From Candidatus Poribacteria bacterium (GTDB taxonomy: Bacteria; Poribacteria; WGA-4E; WGA-3G), in the NCBI GenBank assembly GCA_963663765.2, contig CAXXUA010000005.1:320001-384000 (forward strand): a stretch of 64,000 nucleotides of DNA. Reading direction: 5' to 3'. A program made the position numbers and the translations under genes. How positions within the stretch are numbered: the first letter of the stretch is position 1; the number at the start of each line of letters is the position of its first letter. Of the stretch, positions 52,061-60,375 are shown piece by piece. A model generated the notes under the pieces. It saw only the letters and a list, made by a program, of their open reading frames with translations. It did no database searches and had not been told where the DNA came from.

Positions 52061-52447
52061 ATGACTACAGTTAGCAAAAGCCCGAAAACCCTCAAGAAAC
52101 ATGAGAAAGCCTTTCATATAGAGTGGAAGGATGGGCATCTCAGTTGGTATCCATATCGCTACCTCAGACAGATGTGTCCGTGTGCAGAATGTGCTATCAT
52201 TAGGCACGATGGAAAAGACATCCATTCACTCTTTTCACCACAAGGTGATGGAGATGTCGCACTAATTGAGACATCGGAAGACATTCAACCACTTGATATT
52301 CAGTTGGTTGGTCGTTATGCGCTCCAATTCAGTTGGGATGATGGGCACAATACCGGCATCTATCCGTTTGAAGTTTTGCGCGAGACATGTCCGTGTCCTG
52401 AATGTGCTCCGTTACAACCTATTCAAAACGAAGAAAGAATAGAATAA
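52061..52447 (+). CDS. DUF971/GBBH-N-like Zn-binding protein
   Basis: W.DGH; LRQMCPCAEC; VGRYAL..WDDGH.TGIY. Confidence 0.88.
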   Translation: MTTVSKSPKTLKKHEKAFHIEWKDGHLSWYPYRYLRQMCPCAECAIIRHDGKDIHSLFSPQGDGDVALIETSEDIQPLDIQLVGRYALQFSWDDGHNTGIYPFEVLRETCPCPECAPLQPIQNEERIE

Positions 52448-52782
52448 TGCAGACAAAAACATCACTACCTGAAATCACACCACGTGAGTTGAAACAAAAA
52501 TTGGACGAAAACGAGTCAGTCATATTACTGGACGTCCGTGAACAAAGCGAATACGACATCGTCCATCTTGAAGATGCACAATTAATACCCCTGAACACAT
52601 TACCATACAATATAGAAAAAATTCCCACAGACCAAGAAATTGTTGTCTACTGCCATCATGGGCAACGCAGTCTCTACGCTACCGCATATCTACATCAGAA
52701 TGGATATACCGATGCGAAAAACCTTATAGGTGGTATTGACCAATGGGCAGTAGAAATAGACCAAACACTAAGGAGATATTAA
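52447..52782 (+). CDS. Rhodanese-like sulfurtransferase
   Basis: LLDVRE; YCHHGQRS; GGIDQW. Confidence 0.92.
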   Translation: MQTKTSLPEITPRELKQKLDENESVILLDVREQSEYDIVHLEDAQLIPLNTLPYNIEKIPTDQEIVVYCHHGQRSLYATAYLHQNGYTDAKNLIGGIDQWAVEIDQTLRRY

Positions 52783-52785
52783 TAC

Positions 52786-52995
52786 ATGCTTGTAGAATTT
52801 GAAAACCGATCCGGTGAAATGGAACAAACCGAAATGGAAATTAACGAACCTTGTCCAACTTGTTGTGGCATGCTTTTTCCACTTGTTGAATCAAAACCAA
52901 AAAGCGGATATCGATGCGGCAGCTGTGGACTCGTCTTCAACCCCGTAAAAGAAAACTTACCTGAAAATACATTAGAAATGATTGAAAAAACCTAA
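52786..52995 (+). CDS. Small zinc-ribbon protein
   Basis: CPTC..CGSC; AAGGAG RBS. Confidence 0.65.
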   Translation: MLVEFENRSGEMEQTEMEINEPCPTCCGMLFPLVESKPKSGYRCGSCGLVFNPVKENLPENTLEMIEKT

Positions 52996-53018
52996 CTACA
53001 TTCTTATATGGATGAACC

Positions 53019-53777
53019 ATGAAACATCTCTTCAAAATTGGAATACTTACAATAATTGTACTATCTTTTGCCAATCATTGCTTAGCTGGAACATGGGAAG
53101 ACGATTTCTCTAACATAAATAATAGCACTTGGGAAGTGTTTAATATCGTTGCATGGGAACCTGCTGACGATACACTTGGTGCAAAATGGGAAATCAAAAA
53201 TGGTTCAGTATCTGGATCAATGCATGAACTTTTCAAAAAAACCATGTTTTTAACAGGTGAATTGAAATGGCAAAATTATTCAGTTTCTTGCCGCGCAAAG
53301 TACGTTGGAGAAGAAGATAAAACTGCAATATTAGGATTAATAATGCACGCAAGAATTCAAGAAAACAAACGATATATGTTCTTACTAAATTACTTTGATC
53401 AAAAAGCATCAATTGTTGCGACTGCAGGTCCACTGAAACAAACTGGAGATAAATTTAGGGGATGGTCACAGGAAATACATAATTTCAAAATAGAATTTAA
53501 CACTTGGTATCTGCTTTCTGCATCAACCATGGGGAGTAACATACTAATATTCAATATAAAGAACTTAGAAGATACCAACAACATGGATGAATTTAGTATT
53601 GAAGTAAATGAACCGATTACGGAAGGTGGATTAACTGGTTTTTTAGTTGAAAACGCGAATGCTGTATTTGATGATATCAAAATTGAAGGAAAGAATATTC
53701 GCAATGGAGGTACTTTTCCTATAGAACCACATAGTAAACTTACAACTACGTGGGGCAAACTAAAATGGTTGCGATGA
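53019..53777 (+). CDS. Secreted beta-sandwich (LamG/3-keto-disaccharide hydrolase-like) protein with C-terminal TTWG motif
   Basis: Signal peptide; WEDDF; W.NY; AVFDDI; ends IEPHSKLTTTWGKLK. Confidence 0.7.
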   Translation: MKHLFKIGILTIIVLSFANHCLAGTWEDDFSNINNSTWEVFNIVAWEPADDTLGAKWEIKNGSVSGSMHELFKKTMFLTGELKWQNYSVSCRAKYVGEEDKTAILGLIMHARIQENKRYMFLLNYFDQKASIVATAGPLKQTGDKFRGWSQEIHNFKIEFNTWYLLSASTMGSNILIFNIKNLEDTNNMDEFSIEVNEPITEGGLTGFLVENANAVFDDIKIEGKNIRNGGTFPIEPHSKLTTTWGKLKWLR

Positions 53778-53894
53778 CAGAAGCATTTAACGAAGTTCTC
53801 CACACATGTGATTCCTTCAAAAAGTGGTTTTTACAAACACATACAACAAACGAGTATTTCAAATAGAGCAACTGTGCGGAAATATCATAAGAAA

Positions 53895-54986
53895 TTACTC
53901 AATCTCTCGAAAATCTGGTACAGCTATAGGTATCCCGCCATTTGCAATGGATTCCTCTGAGACCAACCCTGGCACCGTGAAATCCATTGCTGCATAGACA
54001 TCAATTGGTGGCGTTGTATCATTGAGAATGCTATCAACAAAATCTTGCACCTTGAAGTAATCACCAAGATCCCCCAAATTCTGTGCCTCTGCAGGTGGGT
54101 TTCTCCAACGTTCCGGTAGAAAGTCTGATTCAAATTCAGAGAGTGGTTTCCAATGTTCCCCCGATTCAAATTCACTTAACCATATCTTCGGTTGTGCTCC
54201 GAACCCACGCGAACTCTCAAAACAGCCTTTCGTCCCCTGCAGACTAAAATAGGAATTGGCAGGACGATTCGAAAGCATATCAATCCGAATCTTGATTAAC
54301 CCACTACCCTCAGTCTTACAGAGCATCATCACAGTATCCTCCATCGCATGTTCAGGGTCGGTATTTACACCTGTACCAAGACAACAGACACTCACAACAC
54401 GTTCACCAAACCACTGTAACACAGGACCAAGGCTATGTGTTGCATAATTGCAGCGATTAATACCGACCTGCCAATAGTAACGCCAAGTCGGATTACCACT
54501 GGCATCGTGATGCAGTGATTTTACATTGTGGACATACTCACCCTCTCCGAAATACACATCACCGAACAGACCTTCCTCTACCATGCTGCGAATAATCACA
54601 TTGTGCATATAATAGCAGGTATTCTCAGCCAACGTATACTTAGCAGACGAATTACGAACTGCTCGAACAAGATCATAACACTCTTCTAACTTGACAGCAG
54701 CAGTCACTTCACTGATTACGTGTTTTCCCGCGTCTATTGCTTGAATTGACTGTGGAACGTGTAGATTCTCTGGTGTCGCAAGTACAACAAGGTCTACTAC
54801 ATCTAACATCTCTGTGTAATCTGTAAAACGATGCTGAACATTGTACCTTTCTGCAACATTATGCAATGTAGTTTCGTTGATATCGCAAACCGCTACGACC
54901 TCAGTTTCGGCAATCACATTAAATGGTTGAAAATATGAACTCCCACGATGCGCACCAACAATCCCTACTTTTATTGTATCTGCCAT
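53895..54986 (-). CDS. Gfo/Idh/MocA-family oxidoreductase
   Basis: KVGIVG; VVAVCD; ATP..HVP; GKHVISEV; AEN; YATHSLG. Confidence 0.92.
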   Translation of the reverse strand: MADTIKVGIVGAHRGSSYFQPFNVIAETEVVAVCDINETTLHNVAERYNVQHRFTDYTEMLDVVDLVVLATPENLHVPQSIQAIDAGKHVISEVTAAVKLEECYDLVRAVRNSSAKYTLAENTCYYMHNVIIRSMVEEGLFGDVYFGEGEYVHNVKSLHHDASGNPTWRYYWQVGINRCNYATHSLGPVLQWFGERVVSVCCLGTGVNTDPEHAMEDTVMMLCKTEGSGLIKIRIDMLSNRPANSYFSLQGTKGCFESSRGFGAQPKIWLSEFESGEHWKPLSEFESDFLPERWRNPPAEAQNLGDLGDYFKVQDFVDSILNDTTPPIDVYAAMDFTVPGLVSEESIANGGIPIAVPDFREIE

Positions 54987-55031
54987 GTGTGAATCCTCCT
55001 ACCGCATCGGAAATATGTTGGAAACGGGGTA

Positions 55032-55730
55032 TCATTCTATATCATCACATGAATTGACCTGTTCCATAAGTCGTTCCAATTTGTTTTTATCTTTAACACC
55101 TTTTGATGCCTCTACTCCTGAACAAAGATCAATGCCGTAAGGTCCAATAGTCTCAATTGCAGCTCTGACGTTATCGGGACGAATACCACCTGCAAAGAAT
55201 ACAGGTAATGGACTATTTGAAATGAGCTCCCCAGCAACAACCCAATCACAAGTCTTACCAGTACCGCCGTAACGTGGCGGATCAACACTAATATCTACAG
55301 AATCAAACAAAAGAAAATCAGCTCCAGCATCCCGATATGCTTGCATTTGCTTCCTTACTGCAATCATATCCACATTTTCTGGACTACCTGCAGGCAGATA
55401 AACTGACTTCCAGATTTGACATGGGATTGCATTCTTGAGTTCTTTAACCTGTTGCGGGGTTTCTTGTCCAAGCAGTTGAAGCGCAAACGGTTGGATTCTT
55501 GACACTGCTTCTTGTATTTCAGCTGTTTTGCGATTGTAAAGTAATAGCACTGTCGGAATAGGACTCGCACTAGCAATTTCTACTGCTTGTAAAGTGCTAA
55601 GCGATCTTCCTGAAGACGCAACGTCAACCAGCACACCCGAATAATCCGCACCAGTATCAGCAGCAATGTAGGCATCGTGAATTGAAGTTGTACCACAAAT
55701 CTTGACTTTGCACCTTGAATCTTTGGACAT
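55032..55730 (-). CDS. trpF: Phosphoribosylanthranilate isomerase (TrpF-like)
   Basis: KVKICG; GGTGKTCDW; AGGI.PDNV; GIDLCSGVE..GVKD. Confidence 0.82.
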   Translation of the reverse strand: MSKDSRCKVKICGTTSIHDAYIAADTGADYSGVLVDVASSGRSLSTLQAVEIASASPIPTVLLLYNRKTAEIQEAVSRIQPFALQLLGQETPQQVKELKNAIPCQIWKSVYLPAGSPENVDMIAVRKQMQAYRDAGADFLLFDSVDISVDPPRYGGTGKTCDWVVAGELISNSPLPVFFAGGIRPDNVRAAIETIGPYGIDLCSGVEASKGVKDKNKLERLMEQVNSCDDIE

Positions 55731-55786
55731 AGTACATCATCCCAGTCTGTTAAATATTAAGAGGAATATTAATCTATAGCAATTGT

Positions 55787-56149
55787 CTAATCACAAAAAA
55801 CCGTTTGTCTGTCAGCATCTGAATAACAGATGATCATGGTTACAGGTTGCCAACCGGTATTGACAGCATTATGTTTGACATTGCGTGGAATTCGCAACAT
55901 CATCCCTTGTTTGAGCGGAATTACTTCATCACCTAACTTGTGATCACATTCACCCGATAACACATAAATAAGTTCCTCACAGTTTGGGTGATAATGGGTC
56001 GGGTTACCTTCACCCGCATTTATGTAAACAACACCGAAAGTCATCTCTGCATCCGGATCAATCTGATCATTACATAACCATTTTATTGCACCCCATGGAA
56101 ACTCAAGGGCACCAGCTTCGTTGCTATCTGTTAAAGTTATATCCAACAC
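55787..56149 (-). CDS. Cupin-domain protein
   Basis: HYHPNCEELIYVLSG; IPRNVKH..NTG. Confidence 0.9.
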   Translation of the reverse strand: MLDITLTDSNEAGALEFPWGAIKWLCNDQIDPDAEMTFGVVYINAGEGNPTHYHPNCEELIYVLSGECDHKLGDEVIPLKQGMMLRIPRNVKHNAVNTGWQPVTMIICYSDADRQTVFCD

Positions 56150-56206
56150 ATTCTCCTTTACTACGATTAAAGATATTTTTATACTCTGTGTACACTTTGA
56201 TCTATC

Positions 56207-57043
56207 CTATACATTGAAACAAATCAGACTTTTTTCAGCATAGCTCTGCAGACATACAGTCGGATGGGTATATAGATAACCGATTGGTGCACAGATTGTC
56301 TTGACGTTCTCAACCTGCTTATTAACAACCTGATGTGTGTGTCCAAAGAGTACGTGGGTAACAAGCGGCTCCCTTAGACATATAGCTCCAAGTCCTTCAC
56401 TTCCCATAAACGCACTAAAATAGTCCCAAGGCAATTCATCACGATATTGGATACACTCCCGAAACGGCACATGATGCGTTACAACGATAATCTGTCTCAC
56501 CTTGTCCCTGAGAGAGACGACCTGTTTTTCAAGGTCTGCTTCAAAACGATGGGCAATGTTCTCATCAGTATCTTCCCATTTAGCATAAAACCTATCACTC
56601 CATACGCTTCCCATCAACTGCTTATCAGCATACTGTTCTTCGGAAAAGTCATATTTATCTGAAGCAAAAGTATAATCGTACCACCCAATTGTTCCGCAGA
56701 AACCAATTTCCGCAGCAATATAAGGTGAATCATTAAGCGGATGGAACCCGTGGTCTTGACAGATTTCTGAAATTACCCCACATTTCTGTTCACTTGTCAT
56801 GTTGGCATCCTTGTTAACCCAAATATCGTGATTACCTGGTACAAACAACTTCTGACAAGTCAAATCTGCTTTGGCAAATTCCGCGAGTATTGCGTAAAAT
56901 TCAGACAACTTTGGGGTTATATCACCAGCGAGGACAAAAACATCAAGAGCCGCAGCTTTGACTGCGTTGATAAGATAGGGAACAATTGCCTTATTCGTTT
57001 CAGTTGTATCAGTATGTAAGTCTGAGATGAGTCCTATCTTCAT
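56207..57043 (-). CDS. Calcineurin-like metallophosphoesterase
   Basis: SDLH; AGD; GNHD; THH; FGHTH. Confidence 0.92.
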   Translation of the reverse strand: MKIGLISDLHTDTTETNKAIVPYLINAVKAAALDVFVLAGDITPKLSEFYAILAEFAKADLTCQKLFVPGNHDIWVNKDANMTSEQKCGVISEICQDHGFHPLNDSPYIAAEIGFCGTIGWYDYTFASDKYDFSEEQYADKQLMGSVWSDRFYAKWEDTDENIAHRFEADLEKQVVSLRDKVRQIIVVTHHVPFRECIQYRDELPWDYFSAFMGSEGLGAICLREPLVTHVLFGHTHQVVNKQVENVKTICAPIGYLYTHPTVCLQSYAEKSLICFNV

Positions 57044-57105
57044 TGATATAGTATAACCAAGAACCACAGAGTCGGTATTTCGTTGATATTTATAGGAATT
57101 GAAAA

Positions 57106-58533
57106 TCACTCTTCGGATGTTCTCAAACTTCCAAATACTTCATCAAGAAAGATACGGATAGCAGTATCATCTCCTTGAAAACGTTCTCTCTGTCGTTGGA
57201 GTGCACTTAATGAGGATTCATCGCCAATCTTAGCGATTGCATCCACGAGCGTTAATTGTATTGCCGGGTCATCTGTTGTATCCAAGGCGTTTATCAGAAA
57301 ATCGCGTGACTGTGTTCCACCGATATTCCCAAGTGCTGAAGCGGCAATATCTTGTGCCGCAGGATCTGCCTCATCAAAAATTCCTATCAATGCGTCAATT
57401 GCTGGAGTACCAATTCGACTAAGACCTAAACCAGCTTGAAATCGTAAACCCGGAATTTCACTTTGATCTGTGAGCACTTTAGCAAGTGGTTCAATTGCTG
57501 TCGTAGGTTTAAGGATACCAAGCATGGAGAGACATGCACGCCGAATTTCTTGATCCGGTTCAATACTCTTTTGTATATAGTCTTCAACCAACTCCACAAG
57601 TCGTCCTTCATTTGCCTTCTGATGTAATGCTTCAGATCGATGACGGAATTGGATACCAAACGGAGCTTCAAGTGTTGCTGTATTTGCAGCAGGATTGACA
57701 AGGAGCAGTCCTAAAATTTCAGCAGATTGGAGTTGTGAACTATCAAGAATATCTGCTGGTAACTGATTCACATTTTCTTGTTGAAATTGCTGAAAGAGTG
57801 GGTTGAGTTCGCTCAATGCTACAAGCCGTTCCAAACTGCGTGCAGCAGCTTTACGTAGGGCAAGTTCACGGTTGTTTTTCAAAATGTCTATTAGAAAATC
57901 AACAGCACGGGCATCACCTATATTGCCAAGCGCGGTAACTGCAGCAATTTTTACACCGATAAGTTCGGTTGTTCTAAAGGTGATATTAGCACTTAATTCT
58001 GCAAATTCTTTTACGGATTTCTTATAATCGTTTAGACCTTGGATTTTTCTTTCATCAACGATCTTTTCAACTATATCACCCACTTGAATATTCTCAGTGT
58101 TTGCAATAGGGGTTCCAGGTATTATTTTCTTTACACGGACAGGATCGTTCCCTTCCACCTCTAACCCAGTTTTATCAGCAGTTTTTCGAACTGCGATGCG
58201 AATCGGTTGCTTCTCTTTGAGATAGAGCAGCATATTATTGTCATCCGCCATTGCTTTTTTTACAGCTTTTTTAAAGTCGGCAGGACTCTGAATTGGATAT
58301 TCCCCAATGATGTAAGAAATGAGTTCTCCTTGTGAAAGATCCGCTTTATCCGCAGGACCGCCAGTAGTGATTGAATTAATCACTACTCCGCTTGTAGACC
58401 AACGATTTTCAAGGTCGCTGTCAAGTTGAAGGACTTCCATTTGCGTATGCTCATCGTAATAGGAATTGTCTCCACAACTAATGGCAAAAATAATGCTTAC
58501 AAAAAACAAAATATGTAAAATTTTCTTCAGCAT
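57106..58533 (-). CDS. Lipoprotein with two PDZ-like domains and HEAT/PBS repeats
   Basis: Lipobox AISC; GVVINSI..GGPADKADL..G; ALGNIGD.RAV repeats. Confidence 0.8.
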   Translation of the reverse strand: MLKKILHILFFVSIIFAISCGDNSYYDEHTQMEVLQLDSDLENRWSTSGVVINSITTGGPADKADLSQGELISYIIGEYPIQSPADFKKAVKKAMADDNNMLLYLKEKQPIRIAVRKTADKTGLEVEGNDPVRVKKIIPGTPIANTENIQVGDIVEKIVDERKIQGLNDYKKSVKEFAELSANITFRTTELIGVKIAAVTALGNIGDARAVDFLIDILKNNRELALRKAAARSLERLVALSELNPLFQQFQQENVNQLPADILDSSQLQSAEILGLLLVNPAANTATLEAPFGIQFRHRSEALHQKANEGRLVELVEDYIQKSIEPDQEIRRACLSMLGILKPTTAIEPLAKVLTDQSEIPGLRFQAGLGLSRIGTPAIDALIGIFDEADPAAQDIAASALGNIGGTQSRDFLINALDTTDDPAIQLTLVDAIAKIGDESSLSALQRQRERFQGDDTAIRIFLDEVFGSLRTSEE

Positions 58534-58622
58534 CTTTGTCCCTTTCAACAATTCATGGTAAATTTATATATTTTCAATATAGCTTAGTAAAGAGTTCTCA
58601 GTAAAAATCAATATGGATTGTG

Positions 58623-59522
58623 CTAATTTCCTAACTCCACTATGATTTCTCTACTGCTTTTTTCTTTTAATGCATCCAAGAGTGGTTGCACAGCCTTCTC
58701 ATCTCCGAGTGCAGAGAGTGCTCGAATTGCATCAACTCGGAGTGAAGACCCTTTATTTTCTGTTATTTTGACAAGTTCAGGTACAGCTTTACCACCGATT
58801 TTTCCGAGTGCAGCCACAGCCAATTGACGTACCTCCGCAACCTCACGATCACTTTCCCGTTTTGCTGAGCCAGATTCAACTAATGCAGCAAGAGCAGGTA
58901 TTGCTGTCTCACTTCCAATTTCACCAAGTGCCTTTACAGCGTTCAAACGCGTTCCCATCTGTTTATGATCTAACAACGCAATCAATAACGGCACCATTGT
59001 TGTAGGATCAGTTTTGCCGATGTTCGCCATCACCCAGTGTGCATCATGCCTGTCACGGTTATCTTTAGACTTAATTGCTTTTTCAAGTTGTTTTAACAGT
59101 TGTTTGCGACCGTCCATTTGGTAAACTAACGTCAATGCCTCTAAAGCAGCGTTTTGTACATTGACATCATCATCTCGGAGCGTATCAAAAACCAGTATTT
59201 CAAGGTATTCCCGTGATTTCTGTTGATACGCTTTGAACATGTGTTGTCCTCTTTGTGCAATTGAGGCATGATCCCAATCGGGTTGGTTTGGTTCGTAAAA
59301 TTCCTGTGAATCGTAGAAACCGAGTAGATAATGTGCTTCAGCATTTTCCTTGTCCTGTTCAATAGCAAGTTTAAACTCCCGTACTGCGCGTTCCTCTTTT
59401 CGTCTTTTGTCGGATTTGATGAGTTCTTTACCTTTTGCAAGGTGTTCATTTTGGTTGCCACACCCAACTACTAAAAGGACTATAGCAAATATAAAAAAGC
59501 ACTTTTTTATAATCTGGTTCAT
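58623..59522 (-). CDS. Lipoprotein with TPR-like segment and HEAT/PBS repeats
   Basis: Lipobox VVGC; AEAHYLLG; RLNAVKALGEIG; AVAALGKIG. Confidence 0.8.
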   Translation of the reverse strand: MNQIIKKCFFIFAIVLLVVGCGNQNEHLAKGKELIKSDKRRKEERAVREFKLAIEQDKENAEAHYLLGFYDSQEFYEPNQPDWDHASIAQRGQHMFKAYQQKSREYLEILVFDTLRDDDVNVQNAALEALTLVYQMDGRKQLLKQLEKAIKSKDNRDRHDAHWVMANIGKTDPTTMVPLLIALLDHKQMGTRLNAVKALGEIGSETAIPALAALVESGSAKRESDREVAEVRQLAVAALGKIGGKAVPELVKITENKGSSLRVDAIRALSALGDEKAVQPLLDALKEKSSREIIVELGN

Positions 59523-59591
59523 CTTATTTATTACCTTGAAGATTTTATTCTTATCCCTTGAAGATCCTACGACAGAACTTACGCAAAAACG

Positions 59592-59696
59592 GTAGGCGGC
59601 GAATGCCTAAATGACATTCATACCCGGGGAATGCCAAAAGGCATTCATACCGTTGATTTCTTGATTTCTTGATTTGGTGTTTTGAAAGCGCGCTAG
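59592..59696. repeat. Dispersed composite repeat, copy 1 (tandem GAATGCC-N4-GGCATTC hairpins)
   Basis: Near-identical to 62940-63047 over about 100 bp. Confidence 0.8.
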
Positions 59697-59770
59697 AAAC
59701 CCATAAAAATGCTGGTAATTCATCATTTCATCATTTTTCTTAATTAATCAAGAAAAATACGTAAGTCCTG

Positions 59771-60313
59771 TTAAGAGTCATTTGATGGCAACAGTGAGGC
59801 TTGTTCTAACGATGATTCATCTGATTCATCGTCGCTGTTTTCCTCACCTGCATCGACATTTGAATCTACATCAAGAGATTTCTGTAGTGTGACGATTGGT
59901 TTTTCAGAAAATCCCCAATCCTTATACCTTTGTATGACAGGTTTATCAGATGGGGTTAGTTCAATTTCAAGGATATTCATTCCGTTAACAACCGCAGCGG
60001 CTTCTGCAGCTTCAACGAGATGGTCTGCCACACCTAAAAGCCGAAAGGGACCAGAAACAGCAAGATCACTTATTTGTCCAACCTGTTCATCTAAAGGGTG
60101 CGGTTTTACTGTAATATGCCCAACTGCATACCCACTTGAATCCGCAACAAGTCGAATCGTTTGACTATCTGCAGCTAAGTCCTTCTTTAGTTCGTCAACA
60201 ACCTCCTGATTAGTTTTCTCAGGGAAGCAGTAAGTTTGCAAATGATTGGCATCATCCTCTATTATAGCTCGTACTTTAAGTGTACCTTTCAAGTCATAGT
60301 CCTTATTATCCAT
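59771..60313 (-). CDS. GNAT-family N-acetyltransferase
   Basis: LAVSGPFRLLGVADHL (motif A-like); YKDWGF. Confidence 0.8.
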   Translation of the reverse strand: MDNKDYDLKGTLKVRAIIEDDANHLQTYCFPEKTNQEVVDELKKDLAADSQTIRLVADSSGYAVGHITVKPHPLDEQVGQISDLAVSGPFRLLGVADHLVEAAEAAAVVNGMNILEIELTPSDKPVIQRYKDWGFSEKPIVTLQKSLDVDSNVDAGEENSDDESDESSLEQASLLPSNDS

Positions 60314-60375
60314 ATTTTTTCTCCATTCTTTATTGATATTTGTAAATATCACAACAGTCCTTTGCGTTCATTGTA

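Noticed and set aside
41297-53018. Classical integron cassette array
   Set aside because: No intI, and no RYYYAAC..GTTRRRY attC hairpins recognised by eye at the junctions.
59601-59660. CRISPR array from tandem palindromic 27-28-bp units (also 62956-63006)
   Set aside because: Only two adjacent units per locus, no unique spacers and no cas genes.
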